In this document: positions 19,323 through 28,876 of the stretch, piece after piece
Layout of the letters: every line of letters starts with the position of its first letter
Position numbering within the stretch: position 1 is the first letter of the stretch
IMG/VR virus record: IMGVR_UViG_3300040751_002535
Direction: 5' to 3' (one strand)
DNA from: a virus
Length of the DNA: 64,000 nt
Made by a program: the position numbers and the translations under genes
Notes under the pieces: model-generated
What the model was told of the DNA's origin: nothing
What the model saw: only the letters and a program-made list of their open reading frames with translations
Database searches by the model: none

Positions 19323-21674
19323 ATGAAACATTTTATTAGTATAGTAATAGACAACGATGGAATAAACGAAAGCAGAGATTTTGTTTTAGACACTGTCTTA
19401 AATACAGCTAACATTGGATTATTAGAAAATACAATGGAATATGAAATATACGAAAGTGAAAATAACACACAAGTATTGAGTATTCCTATCGCACGTGAAC
19501 TAAACGAAAAACAACAAGCATACCTTGCAAAAAAACTTGCCAACAAACTATTTGACAAAGGTTATAATAACTTTGATATTGAATTCAGCATTAATGAAGC
19601 AGCACTCAATGAAGCAGCACCAACTACATTTACTCCAACACACTACGGTGGACCAGGTGGCCTTAACAATGTTATGCTGCACACAGATGGCAATCTTTAT
19701 TTTAATGGCCCTGAAGGCATTACAAGATGGAATGGTAATCCAAGCGGCGAAGGTATTCTTGGTAGATGGAACCCTGCAACTATTAAAGGTACAATAGTTA
19801 ATGGACAAAGAGTTCCGTATCCAGCAGGAACAAACTTTAATAATGCACCAAGAGCAGCGGCACCAGCAGCAGCAGCGCCAGCATCAAGAGTTTCAAATAC
19901 TACACCAACTGGCGGCTTGTTGCGTAGAGGAAATAGAGGCGAAGAAGTCAAACAACTACAACGTGATTTAGGAATGACTGGCGACGAGATCGACGGTATA
20001 TTTGGTCCAGCAACAGAACGTGCTGTGAGAACATTCCAACAAAACAGCGGTGCAAAAGTTGACGGTCTTGTAGGTCCAGAAACTCGAGCAATGATACAAA
20101 AGTATCAAGCACCAGAAGATAATAGTGCTCCTGCACAAACTCCACCTGCGGCAACGGATGATGCAGCAGCAGTAGAACCAGAAGCAGATGCAGTAGAACC
20201 AGAAGCAGATGCAGTAGAACCAATAGACGGTGGCATTGCTCCAGGAACTACAGCAGGTGGGCCAAGCCAACTTCGACAGCGCCAAGTACCAGGTAGTGCA
20301 ACAGATGATGGTGGCTTAGGTCAAAGGCCAGCTCCGGGTGCAAGTCAAGCAGATGAAGTGCCAGATACAGCAGCAGATGAAGTGCCAGATACAGCAGCAG
20401 ATGAGATTGTTGTAACAACAGATAATCAAGCTAACAGTATTTTTCTAAATCCAGATTCAACTGAGGCTGAAAGACAAGCAGCAAGAAGATATTATGGTGC
20501 AACAGATGAGCCAGTAAGACAATATTCCGATATTGGTACAGCAATGATTAGCAGAGCAGAAGTACAACCAGGTGACCAAGTTGTAATCGATGGCGAAGAA
20601 GCAACTGTTGTTACCAACGATAACGAAGAAAAATATTATGTTGATCCAAATGGTCAACCCATTGGTGAATTGCCACAGCCAGATGTTCAAACAACAGTAA
20701 CCAGCCCTGGTGGCGATACATCCGGTGGTGATTCGGGTGTTAATAATAATGCAACAACTGATCCAGAAGTAAATCAAACACCACCAAGTGCATTAGCACA
20801 GCCTGATGCAGACGACGATACACCAAGTATAACTGATGAGCCTGCTAATAGAGATGCCGCAGAAGTTTTACGTCAACAGGAACAATGGCGAGAAAAGTAT
20901 GGCGATAGAACTACAGGCAGAGACGGGTTGCCAAATCAATATGTACAAGTTGTAGATGCAGCCCTAGATGAAATAAGTACAGAAACTGCTCAAAAACTAG
21001 CAGATGAATCTGTTGGTGCTCCGCCTGCGATTGCAAGGACAGTTCTTAGAAATCTTAATACAACGTTTGGCAACAGTGATAATGATTCTAATGTAGTTGA
21101 CGATTTGCTGCAAATGGCACAAGAAGTTGAACAAGAAGATCAAGATCAAGCCGCAGCATTGACTACATTATCTGATCTTGCAAAAACACTAGATAGAATA
21201 GCAAATCCTGATCAAAACAACGAAAGTGTTGAACCAATGCCCAAAGGTGCATTTATGGTTGAGGATCGTGCTATATGGCGTTCGCTGTATGAAAGCACAC
21301 ACTACACAAACGGCAAGCCTCGTCCACGTACCTTTATTACAGAAAGCAAAATGCAAGAAGTTACATTTGATGACGATGACAAGTTCTTTGAAAACTACGG
21401 GGTGATGTGGTTCAATGAAGATGAAATGATCGACGAAGCAGAGTACCAAGGACGTACTGTCAAGCTAGGCAAGCCCATGGCGGGCGATGTTAAGAAGTTT
21501 AAGGTATATGTAAAGAATCCCAAAGGCAATGTAGTCAAAGTTAACTTTGGACAAAAAGGCGCAAGAATTAAAAAAGGTAATCCAGAACGTAGACGCAGTT
21601 TCCGTGCAAGACACAACTGTGATAATCCTGGACCAAGGCATAAAGCAAGATATTGGAGTTGTAGAAAATGGTAA
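19323..21674 (+). CDS. Large modular putative internal virion protein with PG-binding domain and DUF6321-like C-terminus
   Basis: LRRGNRGEEVKQLQ...DGIFGPATERAV; acidic repeats; VYVKNPKGNVVKVNFG...SFRARHNC...RYWSCRKW. Confidence 0.7.
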   Translation: MKHFISIVIDNDGINESRDFVLDTVLNTANIGLLENTMEYEIYESENNTQVLSIPIARELNEKQQAYLAKKLANKLFDKGYNNFDIEFSINEAALNEAAPTTFTPTHYGGPGGLNNVMLHTDGNLYFNGPEGITRWNGNPSGEGILGRWNPATIKGTIVNGQRVPYPAGTNFNNAPRAAAPAAAAPASRVSNTTPTGGLLRRGNRGEEVKQLQRDLGMTGDEIDGIFGPATERAVRTFQQNSGAKVDGLVGPETRAMIQKYQAPEDNSAPAQTPPAATDDAAAVEPEADAVEPEADAVEPIDGGIAPGTTAGGPSQLRQRQVPGSATDDGGLGQRPAPGASQADEVPDTAADEVPDTAADEIVVTTDNQANSIFLNPDSTEAERQAARRYYGATDEPVRQYSDIGTAMISRAEVQPGDQVVIDGEEATVVTNDNEEKYYVDPNGQPIGELPQPDVQTTVTSPGGDTSGGDSGVNNNATTDPEVNQTPPSALAQPDADDDTPSITDEPANRDAAEVLRQQEQWREKYGDRTTGRDGLPNQYVQVVDAALDEISTETAQKLADESVGAPPAIARTVLRNLNTTFGNSDNDSNVVDDLLQMAQEVEQEDQDQAAALTTLSDLAKTLDRIANPDQNNESVEPMPKGAFMVEDRAIWRSLYESTHYTNGKPRPRTFITESKMQEVTFDDDDKFFENYGVMWFNEDEMIDEAEYQGRTVKLGKPMAGDVKKFKVYVKNPKGNVVKVNFGQKGARIKKGNPERRRSFRARHNCDNPGPRHKARYWSCRKW
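20169..20222 (+). repeat. 21-nt in-frame tandem repeat (AVEPEAD x2.5)
   Basis: gcagtagaaccagaagcagat repeated. Confidence 0.9.
20349..20404 (+). repeat. 24-nt in-frame tandem repeat (ADEVPDTA x2.3)
   Basis: gcagatgaagtgccagatacagca repeated. Confidence 0.9.
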
Positions 21675-21805
21675 AATCAGAAGCACAGTTAATAAGAGAG
21701 TTAGGCGATCGTCTTTCAAAAATTAATCCGGTCGACGAAAGTGCAGAAGATAATACTCCTGCAAGACCTTTTTATGTAAAAGTAGAAAAATCTAAAGAGA
21801 AGTAA
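21668..21805 (+). CDS. Small hypothetical protein (not in ORF track)
   Basis: 45 aa MVKSEAQLIRELGDRLSKINPVDES... fills the gap between genes. Confidence 0.55.
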   Translation: MVKSEAQLIRELGDRLSKINPVDESAEDNTPARPFYVKVEKSKEK

Positions 21806-21806
21806 T

Positions 21807-22199
21807 ATGAAAATAAACGAATTTCACGATATGGATATACCAGATGAGATTGTTCCAAAGCCTGACTATGATGTAGCCGCAGACTTACTAATCTTTATGC
21901 GTAACGATCCTATGTTTTATAGAAAAACATTTTTCCCAGCGGTAGAAACATACAAAGAAAATGACAAGGATACTTCGCCTATTGAAAATATGATCAAGGG
22001 CGGATTAGGACAGTATTGTCAAAAGTTTAATATTCTCAACCCAACAGACGAACTAATGGGCGAAGGTGATATACAAGAACTTGCATTAAAAATAATACAA
22101 GATGAAATGGAAGACATTTCTGAAGGTAGAAGTCCTCATAAAAAAGGTACTAAAAAGTACAAGAAGCACATGGCAGCTATCCACGCTAACGGAGGCTAA
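21807..22199 (+). CDS. Putative internal head protein
   Basis: MKINEF leader. Confidence 0.6.
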   Translation: MKINEFHDMDIPDEIVPKPDYDVAADLLIFMRNDPMFYRKTFFPAVETYKENDKDTSPIENMIKGGLGQYCQKFNILNPTDELMGEGDIQELALKIIQDEMEDISEGRSPHKKGTKKYKKHMAAIHANGG

Positions 22200-22200
22200 C

Positions 22201-22407
22201 ATGGATATCAAAGACTTACAGCACCTAGCAGGCATACGCAACAAGTTTACAGGGTTCACTCCGTATGTTCCAGAAAACATGAGTATCACTGGCACTGAAA
22301 AGTCTAAGATTCAACGTAAAAAGAAAATACAACCTGGCACTGAAGAATGGTTTAAACTATGGTTTAGTCAGCCACACCTAACAGGAGAGAAGCCAGTTGA
22401 GGATTGA
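22201..22407 (+). CDS. Hypothetical protein
   Basis: GGAGG RBS; MDIKDLQHLAGI...IQPGTEEWFKLWF. Confidence 0.65.
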   Translation: MDIKDLQHLAGIRNKFTGFTPYVPENMSITGTEKSKIQRKKKIQPGTEEWFKLWFSQPHLTGEKPVED

Positions 22408-22933
22408 ACATTTAGACGAAGGTGTCGGACGCATTATACAAGGTGTAAACACTACGCCCGATGTCGGAGTGAATCAAACACGTATTGAAGCAGCAAAGTT
22501 CGGAAACAAAGTAGACAAAGATGGACGTCCTCCTACCTTAAGTAGTGCTGTTAAAGGCAGTAGCACAAATGTTTTATTTAACTTAGGACTTACTGAAGGT
22601 ATAAAACTACGTTTAGAACGTGACAAAGACATAGATGTATTGCATATTATGGACACCAATGACAAGCAACGTATTGAAGTGCGTGGTAAAAAAGGTTACG
22701 AAACCGGCGGCTATGATTCAAAGGATAAACTACACCAAGTATTAGACCGTGTGGGCAAAGCTGCTAATATAAGTGAACTTATGAACGGTGAAGTAGTAAG
22801 TATCAATCCTAACCATCCACAAGGCACTAGAGCAATACGCACAGCACGAGATGTGTTACAAACCGAGCAAAAAAAATACACAGCGTATGAATGGGCTCTT
22901 ATCGAAGGAGGACATAGTTTAGATGAGATTTAG
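22397..22933 (+). CDS. Putative internal head protein
   Basis: MRIEHLDEG leader; internal LTEG and LQTE sites. Confidence 0.55.
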   Translation: MRIEHLDEGVGRIIQGVNTTPDVGVNQTRIEAAKFGNKVDKDGRPPTLSSAVKGSSTNVLFNLGLTEGIKLRLERDKDIDVLHIMDTNDKQRIEVRGKKGYETGGYDSKDKLHQVLDRVGKAANISELMNGEVVSINPNHPQGTRAIRTARDVLQTEQKKYTAYEWALIEGGHSLDEI

Positions 22934-23132
22934 AGAAATCATAGAAAACTTTGCTGATGGTAAGAAAAAAGGCAAAAGCAGACCAGGGCGTGTAAAAAAG
23001 TCAGGTGCTAGTTGCAATGGCAGTGTAACAGACTTACGCAAACGTGCTAAGAAAGCCAGTGGCGAAAAGGCTAAGATGTATCATTGGTGTGCTAATATGA
23101 AAAGCGGTCGTAAGAAAAAGAAGAAGAAATAA
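22923..23132 (+). CDS. Small basic putative internal head protein
   Basis: MRFREIIENFADGKK; very Lys-rich. Confidence 0.65.
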   Translation: MRFREIIENFADGKKKGKSRPGRVKKSGASCNGSVTDLRKRAKKASGEKAKMYHWCANMKSGRKKKKKK

Positions 23133-23902
23133 TGAAGATTAGAGAAGTCACCGAAGAAGTTGTACCTATCAACAATACCGAACATGCTGTAGAACGGTTG
23201 AAAGTTGCTGCTGAACTTTGTAGTAAAATGGGCAATCAGCCTATTCTTTACAGAGCAATGCACGGAAGCACATATCATGGTGGTGCTAAAAACAATCTAA
23301 TACAAAAAATAACCAATCCTGCAAGAAAAGGTGTAATGGGAAATCATAATACTATACAAGTAGCAGTTCTTAAAGGCTTAGGCATCGCTAGTCCAGCACA
23401 AGCAACTACAGTGGCACCTGCAAGCAACAGCAACTATTTTGGTACAAATCATATAATAATTCCAGGTGGCGACTTTACTGCTCATTGGAACCCAGACATC
23501 GACGACTTGGGTGGCTTCAAAGGATATGATCCACAATATGCTCAAGGTGCTGGCCCAAGCGGCGGAACTATTAGCCGCAGAGACGAGCCAGAAGGTGAAG
23601 AATTACAAAAAATACTAGGTGGTTATCAAAAAGGTATTCCTAGTTATAGCCAACACAAAGGCGAAGTTATATTAGATACAGAGTTTTATTATATGCTAAA
23701 CTTAGAATCGTTTTTGAGTAAGTTCGGCGGCAAGAAAGTTAAAGAATTAATCACAATAGATAATAGGAAAAGTTTTGCTCCTATCAAACAAGATCTATTG
23801 GTAGATAAGTTTAAAACATATCGCGACATTGGATGGTATCTAGCAAACCCTGCTACAAATATGATGAAGTGGATTGCTGATAAGGAAGCAACGAGAGCAT
23901 AA
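23132..23902 (+). CDS. Putative internal head protein with ADP-ribosyltransferase-like fold
   Basis: MKIREVTEE leader; LYRAM...FG...IIP.G.F...WNPDIDDL...GEVIL. Confidence 0.45.
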   Translation: MKIREVTEEVVPINNTEHAVERLKVAAELCSKMGNQPILYRAMHGSTYHGGAKNNLIQKITNPARKGVMGNHNTIQVAVLKGLGIASPAQATTVAPASNSNYFGTNHIIIPGGDFTAHWNPDIDDLGGFKGYDPQYAQGAGPSGGTISRRDEPEGEELQKILGGYQKGIPSYSQHKGEVILDTEFYYMLNLESFLSKFGGKKVKELITIDNRKSFAPIKQDLLVDKFKTYRDIGWYLANPATNMMKWIADKEATRA

Positions 23903-24015
23903 TGACAAAAGAAGAACTAGCACACTACATAACTAAATATAAAGAACACGAAGCACGTAGAGCTAGTACTAATGAACGTAATGCATATTGGAGGAAATAC
24001 AATGAAAATAAGTGA
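23902..24015 (+). CDS. Small hypothetical protein (not in ORF track)
   Basis: 37 aa MTKEELAHYITKYKEHEARRASTNERNAYWRKYNENK, coupled to the upstream stop. Confidence 0.5.
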   Translation: MTKEELAHYITKYKEHEARRASTNERNAYWRKYNENK

Positions 24016-24292
24016 ACTACTAGAAGAAAAAGTTGAAATGTGTCCAGATGCATGTTGCGGTAAACCTGTTACAGAATGTAAATGTGGACCTGATTGCGAG
24101 CATTGTGACTGTCACGAAAAGAACAAAATGAATGAAACTACTAGTGCAGGAAGCGTAGCAGCAGTAGCAGCACCAATCGGTGGTATGCAATCTCGTCAAC
24201 CTAAAAACCCAGATGGTACTGCTAAAAATGCATTAGACAGTGATACATTAATGGCTGGAAAGAAAAAGAAGACTAAGAGTAAAAAGGCATAA
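24002..24292 (+). CDS. Putative internal head protein with Cys-rich segment
   Basis: GGAGG RBS, MKISELLEE leader, CPDACCGKPVTECKCGPDCEHCDCH. Confidence 0.65.
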   Translation: MKISELLEEKVEMCPDACCGKPVTECKCGPDCEHCDCHEKNKMNETTSAGSVAAVAAPIGGMQSRQPKNPDGTAKNALDSDTLMAGKKKKTKSKKA

Positions 24293-24295
24293 ATA
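24290..24295 (+). promoter_or_regulatory. Late promoter TAAATA
   Basis: Overlaps a stop codon; upstream of the ORF at 24324. Confidence 0.5.
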
Positions 24296-24323
24296 CACTA
24301 TAATACGTATTGGAGCCAAATCA

Positions 24324-24686
24324 ATGACTAAAAAAACAAATGAAGGTCTTGCAGACTTAGCTGATGTAGCAGAGCGCGACCACGAAGTACAAATGGCACG
24401 AAGCGATTTGTACAAACTTGCAAAATATTCTATCAAACTACACGAGATGCTAAAAAATGTAAGTGAAGCAGAAGGTATAGAAGGATGGCAGCAAGCTAAG
24501 ATTACCAAAGCAGCAGATTATATTTCAAGTGTATATCACGCATTGGATTATGATACAAAGTTTGAAAGTGTAAATGTAGCAGAAGATGCAAAGCCAAAAA
24601 CAATAAAACGTACATTATCTGATTCTCAAGTTAAATCTTACAAAGGCAGTTTATCTGAAAAACTTTCAACTATAACAGGGAGATAA
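24324..24686 (+). CDS. Putative internal head protein
   Basis: DHEVQMARSDL...WQQAKITKAADYI module. Confidence 0.65.
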   Translation: MTKKTNEGLADLADVAERDHEVQMARSDLYKLAKYSIKLHEMLKNVSEAEGIEGWQQAKITKAADYISSVYHALDYDTKFESVNVAEDAKPKTIKRTLSDSQVKSYKGSLSEKLSTITGR

Positions 24687-24688
24687 TC

Positions 24689-24895
24689 ATGAGAATACGT
24701 GAGCTATTTGAATCAGCAACTCTATGCAACGAATGCGGAAATCCTAGTTGGAAAACACTTGAGTCAGATGATCTCGATGAAGGTAAAAAGAAAAAGAAAT
24801 CAACCAAGAAAAAAGGCAGCCACGGTAAAGTGTGCTGGAAGGGCTATCGTAGAGGCAAAGGCGATAGTTGTCATAAAGTAAAAGGGGACGGTTAA
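24689..24895 (+). CDS. Small basic putative internal head protein
   Basis: MRIRELFES leader; CWKGY motif. Confidence 0.6.
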   Translation: MRIRELFESATLCNECGNPSWKTLESDDLDEGKKKKKSTKKKGSHGKVCWKGYRRGKGDSCHKVKGDG

Positions 24896-25536
24896 TGGAC
24901 TTTAATGCACTACAACACAAACTATTTGCAATGGATCCAGTTGATCCTAGAGAAGATATAGCAAGAATGAAAGCACAAGCTGCCGCTCCAGCAGTTGAAA
25001 GTGATGGGATTGATTATCTTAAAGAAAGTGCCGTAGTGCCAGAAGGTTCATTACAAATGGATCGTGATTATAGTGTTAATGATTTTGCTGCACTAGCAGG
25101 TGTTACTATAACTGAATCACAAAGAACTGGCAGTGCTGGACAAGCAAAAGCCAATGCACCGATGCCGCCGGCAAAACCAGGGCGTACTACACATCCATTA
25201 AAAGATAAACTAGTAGGTGAATGCGCTGATGATACAATTCGCATAGAAAAACTTGAAGATAAAATTAAATCACTAGAAGCTATTGTTATAAAACTAGCTG
25301 CAAAAGCAGGATTAGTTGAACGTGAACTTAGTAACGACGAAGAAAAAGAAAAAGAACGTATTGTTACAGGTATGAAGAAAAACAAAAGCGATTTTAAAGA
25401 TCGTTATGGCAACGATGCAGAAGCAGTTATGTATGCTACTGCTACAAAACGTGCAAAACAAAATGCAAGCGTAGATTATTCAAGTGATATTAAAACAAGA
25501 TTGTATGATGCATTAAATAAGAAAATGGGTGTATAA
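24895..25536 (+). CDS. Putative internal head protein
   Basis: YLKES and ITES sites; FKDRYG..AEAVMYATATKRA module. Confidence 0.6.
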   Translation: MDFNALQHKLFAMDPVDPREDIARMKAQAAAPAVESDGIDYLKESAVVPEGSLQMDRDYSVNDFAALAGVTITESQRTGSAGQAKANAPMPPAKPGRTTHPLKDKLVGECADDTIRIEKLEDKIKSLEAIVIKLAAKAGLVERELSNDEEKEKERIVTGMKKNKSDFKDRYGNDAEAVMYATATKRAKQNASVDYSSDIKTRLYDALNKKMGV

Positions 25537-28199
25537 TGAAACTAAACGAGTTCATCGTTGAAAATGTTTTAAAACAATTTAGGACAGCAGCAGGTCCAGG
25601 ACTTTCAATGAATAATCCTGGTAATCCAGATGGCAGTCATGTTGTAGAAATCAAACGAGCTTTAAGGAAGCATACTCTTGTAACAGGAAAAACACAAAAT
25701 GGCAGTTTTCAAACTGCTGGGCCTGCATGGTCAGGTGATGAGTCAGGAACCTGGGATCAAACATTAGACGATGCTATTAAAACTTGGAAAAATAGTATCA
25801 ACATACAAGTTAATAATCCAAACGAACTAAACACTGCTTTAGGAGAACTACGAGAAAAAGATATTCGCTATCTTATTAGTACTAGTCTTTTTCCAGCTGG
25901 AAGCGGATCTATGGCAGGATTGCTACAAATAGGCAATGATGGCACAACTCCTGGAAATCAAAATACTGCTGCTACCTGGGAAGGACAAGAAGTTGATATA
26001 AATCATGTTATTGATACCCCAGTTGAACAAGTGACTGATACAGCACAAATGATTGCTGCTATTGGCTTTAGTGGCTGGTATTTTATTCTACAAGAACTAC
26101 TCAACAAACGTGAAGAAAACACACAAGGAATACAACAAAGTCAAAACGCAAGACTAGCTGAACTCAATAGAATGATGGTAACCATCTATGAAAGACAGAA
26201 TCAGGTTGGATCTATTTGGCTAGAAGAAGTATGGGAAAGAGGAGTTGTCCTTAAAATAAGTGACGGACTGACTGCTACTCTTGCAAATGGCGAGGAAATG
26301 GAGTTTTTGCCTCCAAACTGGCGCAATGGGTCAATGCGTGAAGAAGCACAACAACTTTACGAATATTTTAGACAACTTGCAACAGGATTAATAGCCAAGT
26401 TTAAACAACAAGACTCCGAAGCTGATGCAGCAAGAAATGCTCCAGATGTAGTTGATACACCTACATTAGATGCAACTACTACAACAGCATGGGTTACTGC
26501 AATGAATCAGGCATTTGAAAATAGTATTAGTGCAGGTATTATACCAGGGGGTAGAGGATTCGGATATGATCGTGAAAAGATCAGCGATCTAATGAATCAA
26601 CTAAACACAGCAGGAGATTGGGACCAAGTTGAGGAAGCATACGATGCACAGTTTGAAGATCTATCAACACAGCTAGTTGATGAACTTAGCGAAGCTGATT
26701 ATCAATCCCTAGTTATAAGACGACTTACTGCATTAAGAAGAATAAATCCAAAACTGTTGTATGCATCTATTGTTTGGGGACAAGACACTGATAGCATGGA
26801 TGTTAGTATCGATGAGGACACCTATACTGTTGTTAAACAGTTAGATAGTAATGGATTTCCTGTGGTCAACAAAGGCAGACGTGAAGTTAACGATGTATTA
26901 GTTATTGATGATGCATTGAAGGCAGCGATTGAACTATCTGGTGGAACTGTTCCTGATCTAAACATTGAAGCTAATGAAGAACACCGTGCAATGGGCGGCG
27001 CTATTATTGTAACAGTAATAAACGATCGTGTTCCAGAAATGACAGCGTTTTATACAATGCAAGATCCGTTCAGTGAATCACAGTTTAAATCACTAGGTCC
27101 GAGACGTTTGCTAGGTATAAGTGAAGGAGCTGCGGTGCTTGTAGCAAATGGTTCAAGTGAAGAATCTGTTGCACAATGGATACACGGACAAGTTATGGAC
27201 GATAGACTTTGGCTTATTGGAGATGAATCTCAAGATATCGAAGGTGCTGCTAATGTTCATTTTGATAGTAGGTATAGAGACGAAAGTGAACAATCAGACG
27301 GATTCGGAAGCGATGATGATGATGTCGAAAATACAGAACTCGAAACTGATCTTATAAACAGATTATTCAGTCCTGATGCACGAAATGCTGCATTGGCAGA
27401 ACTTGGACAAATATCTCCAGACACAGAACTACAAAGAGTATATGACAGAGTTTATCGCGGATATCAAAGTACACACGGCAACTGGCTAGACGAAGATATT
27501 ACACAAGTAAGCGAATTAGAAAACTATGTAGAAGGTGATCAAAACAATATTCCAGATGGCTTTAAATCTATCATGGGTAAAATAGGCATTCCATATGCTG
27601 CACCAACATTGATGGCCCAAATATTTAAAGAAAGTATGGAACCTGGATGGTTTGGTTGGGGAACTGATGAAAATCTATTAGGTGCGTTGATTGCACAAAT
27701 AAGAAATAGAGAAGATTACTTACAAGTAAATGAAAGATACAAAGCAAAATACGGTAGCGACTTAATCGACGATGTCGATGCAGAGGATAGTAGTTGGAAA
27801 CTCAACAATGATGGTGAATTTGTTGAAGCACTTAAACTTGCTATTGGAGAAGATGTTGATATTACACGAGAAGGTATAAGCACGCCTGCTATGAGAGCAT
27901 TTTCTACAATGCGTAACGAACCCGCAGAAAATAATATTGCAGCCTTTAGAGCAAAGATTAGTAAATCTAACTTTGATAGTGTTGGCGCAGTAATGTATAT
28001 ACTAGATGAAATCAATAATATTGTATTAGCAACTCCAGGTGCATCGACGGAACAACAAGAAGAGTTTTTACAAATCATTGCAGATTTTGAAGAAACATTT
28101 GAAGGTGAAAGAGCCGAGCGTACAGGATATAGTGCGCCAAAGTTTGAAGATATAATTGCTGACTGGAAACTAAACAACAGCGATCAATGGTTTCAATAA
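25536..28199 (+). CDS. Large putative ejected protein with annexin-like repeats
   Basis: MKLNEFIVEN leader; GWGTDE...Y..KYGSDLIDDVDAE and GFGYDRE...YDAQFEDLSTQLVDE. Confidence 0.6.
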   Translation: MKLNEFIVENVLKQFRTAAGPGLSMNNPGNPDGSHVVEIKRALRKHTLVTGKTQNGSFQTAGPAWSGDESGTWDQTLDDAIKTWKNSINIQVNNPNELNTALGELREKDIRYLISTSLFPAGSGSMAGLLQIGNDGTTPGNQNTAATWEGQEVDINHVIDTPVEQVTDTAQMIAAIGFSGWYFILQELLNKREENTQGIQQSQNARLAELNRMMVTIYERQNQVGSIWLEEVWERGVVLKISDGLTATLANGEEMEFLPPNWRNGSMREEAQQLYEYFRQLATGLIAKFKQQDSEADAARNAPDVVDTPTLDATTTTAWVTAMNQAFENSISAGIIPGGRGFGYDREKISDLMNQLNTAGDWDQVEEAYDAQFEDLSTQLVDELSEADYQSLVIRRLTALRRINPKLLYASIVWGQDTDSMDVSIDEDTYTVVKQLDSNGFPVVNKGRREVNDVLVIDDALKAAIELSGGTVPDLNIEANEEHRAMGGAIIVTVINDRVPEMTAFYTMQDPFSESQFKSLGPRRLLGISEGAAVLVANGSSEESVAQWIHGQVMDDRLWLIGDESQDIEGAANVHFDSRYRDESEQSDGFGSDDDDVENTELETDLINRLFSPDARNAALAELGQISPDTELQRVYDRVYRGYQSTHGNWLDEDITQVSELENYVEGDQNNIPDGFKSIMGKIGIPYAAPTLMAQIFKESMEPGWFGWGTDENLLGALIAQIRNREDYLQVNERYKAKYGSDLIDDVDAEDSSWKLNNDGEFVEALKLAIGEDVDITREGISTPAMRAFSTMRNEPAENNIAAFRAKISKSNFDSVGAVMYILDEINNIVLATPGASTEQQEEFLQIIADFEETFEGERAERTGYSAPKFEDIIADWKLNNSDQWFQ

Positions 28200-28876
28200 T
28201 AGTGGACGAGTACGATTTAGACGAGCACGAACTTTATCTAAAATATCCACAACATCACAAATGGTGGAATAAACTTTATCTAGCAGAAACTATGGGCTAT
28301 AGTTGTGGTCCAGGGGGTGTAAGAATACCCAGCACAGGCGAATATGTAATACGTCCTATATACAATCTTATAGGCATGGGTGTGTGTACAACTATAAAAG
28401 TATTAAAACAAGGTGATTGTACCAGCACACCTCCGGGTTACTTTTGGTGCGAATACTTAGAAGGCAATCATTACAGTGCTACATACGAAAATATCAACGG
28501 TACATGGAAACCTTTACACTGCTGGCAAGGATGGAACCGGAAATCAAATGTTGTAAAGTTTAATAAATGGATACGCAGTGATTATACACCAACCATTCCC
28601 AAAGCTATTGCTAATATAAATAATGTAAAGTATATCAACATTGAATACAAAGGCGACAATCCTATTGAGTTGCATTTTCGTCCTAGTGGCAATCCAGATG
28701 GTACATCGATTAGTAAGTGGAATGAATATATTCCTATATGGCATGATACTACACAGTTTGAAAAAGACAAACTAGTTGACCAAGGATACACTTGGATAGA
28801 TAATCCGTATGATAACTGGATGGAAGACATGGAGCCGTATTTGAACGAAAGGCGGCTCGGGTACTATGTACGGTAG
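28187..28876 (+). CDS. ATP-grasp-like protein
   Basis: NKLYLA...YVIRPIYNLIGMG...FWCEYLEG.HYS...NIEY...IELHFR. Confidence 0.5.
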   Translation: MVSIIVDEYDLDEHELYLKYPQHHKWWNKLYLAETMGYSCGPGGVRIPSTGEYVIRPIYNLIGMGVCTTIKVLKQGDCTSTPPGYFWCEYLEGNHYSATYENINGTWKPLHCWQGWNRKSNVVKFNKWIRSDYTPTIPKAIANINNVKYINIEYKGDNPIELHFRPSGNPDGTSISKWNEYIPIWHDTTQFEKDKLVDQGYTWIDNPYDNWMEDMEPYLNERRLGYYVR

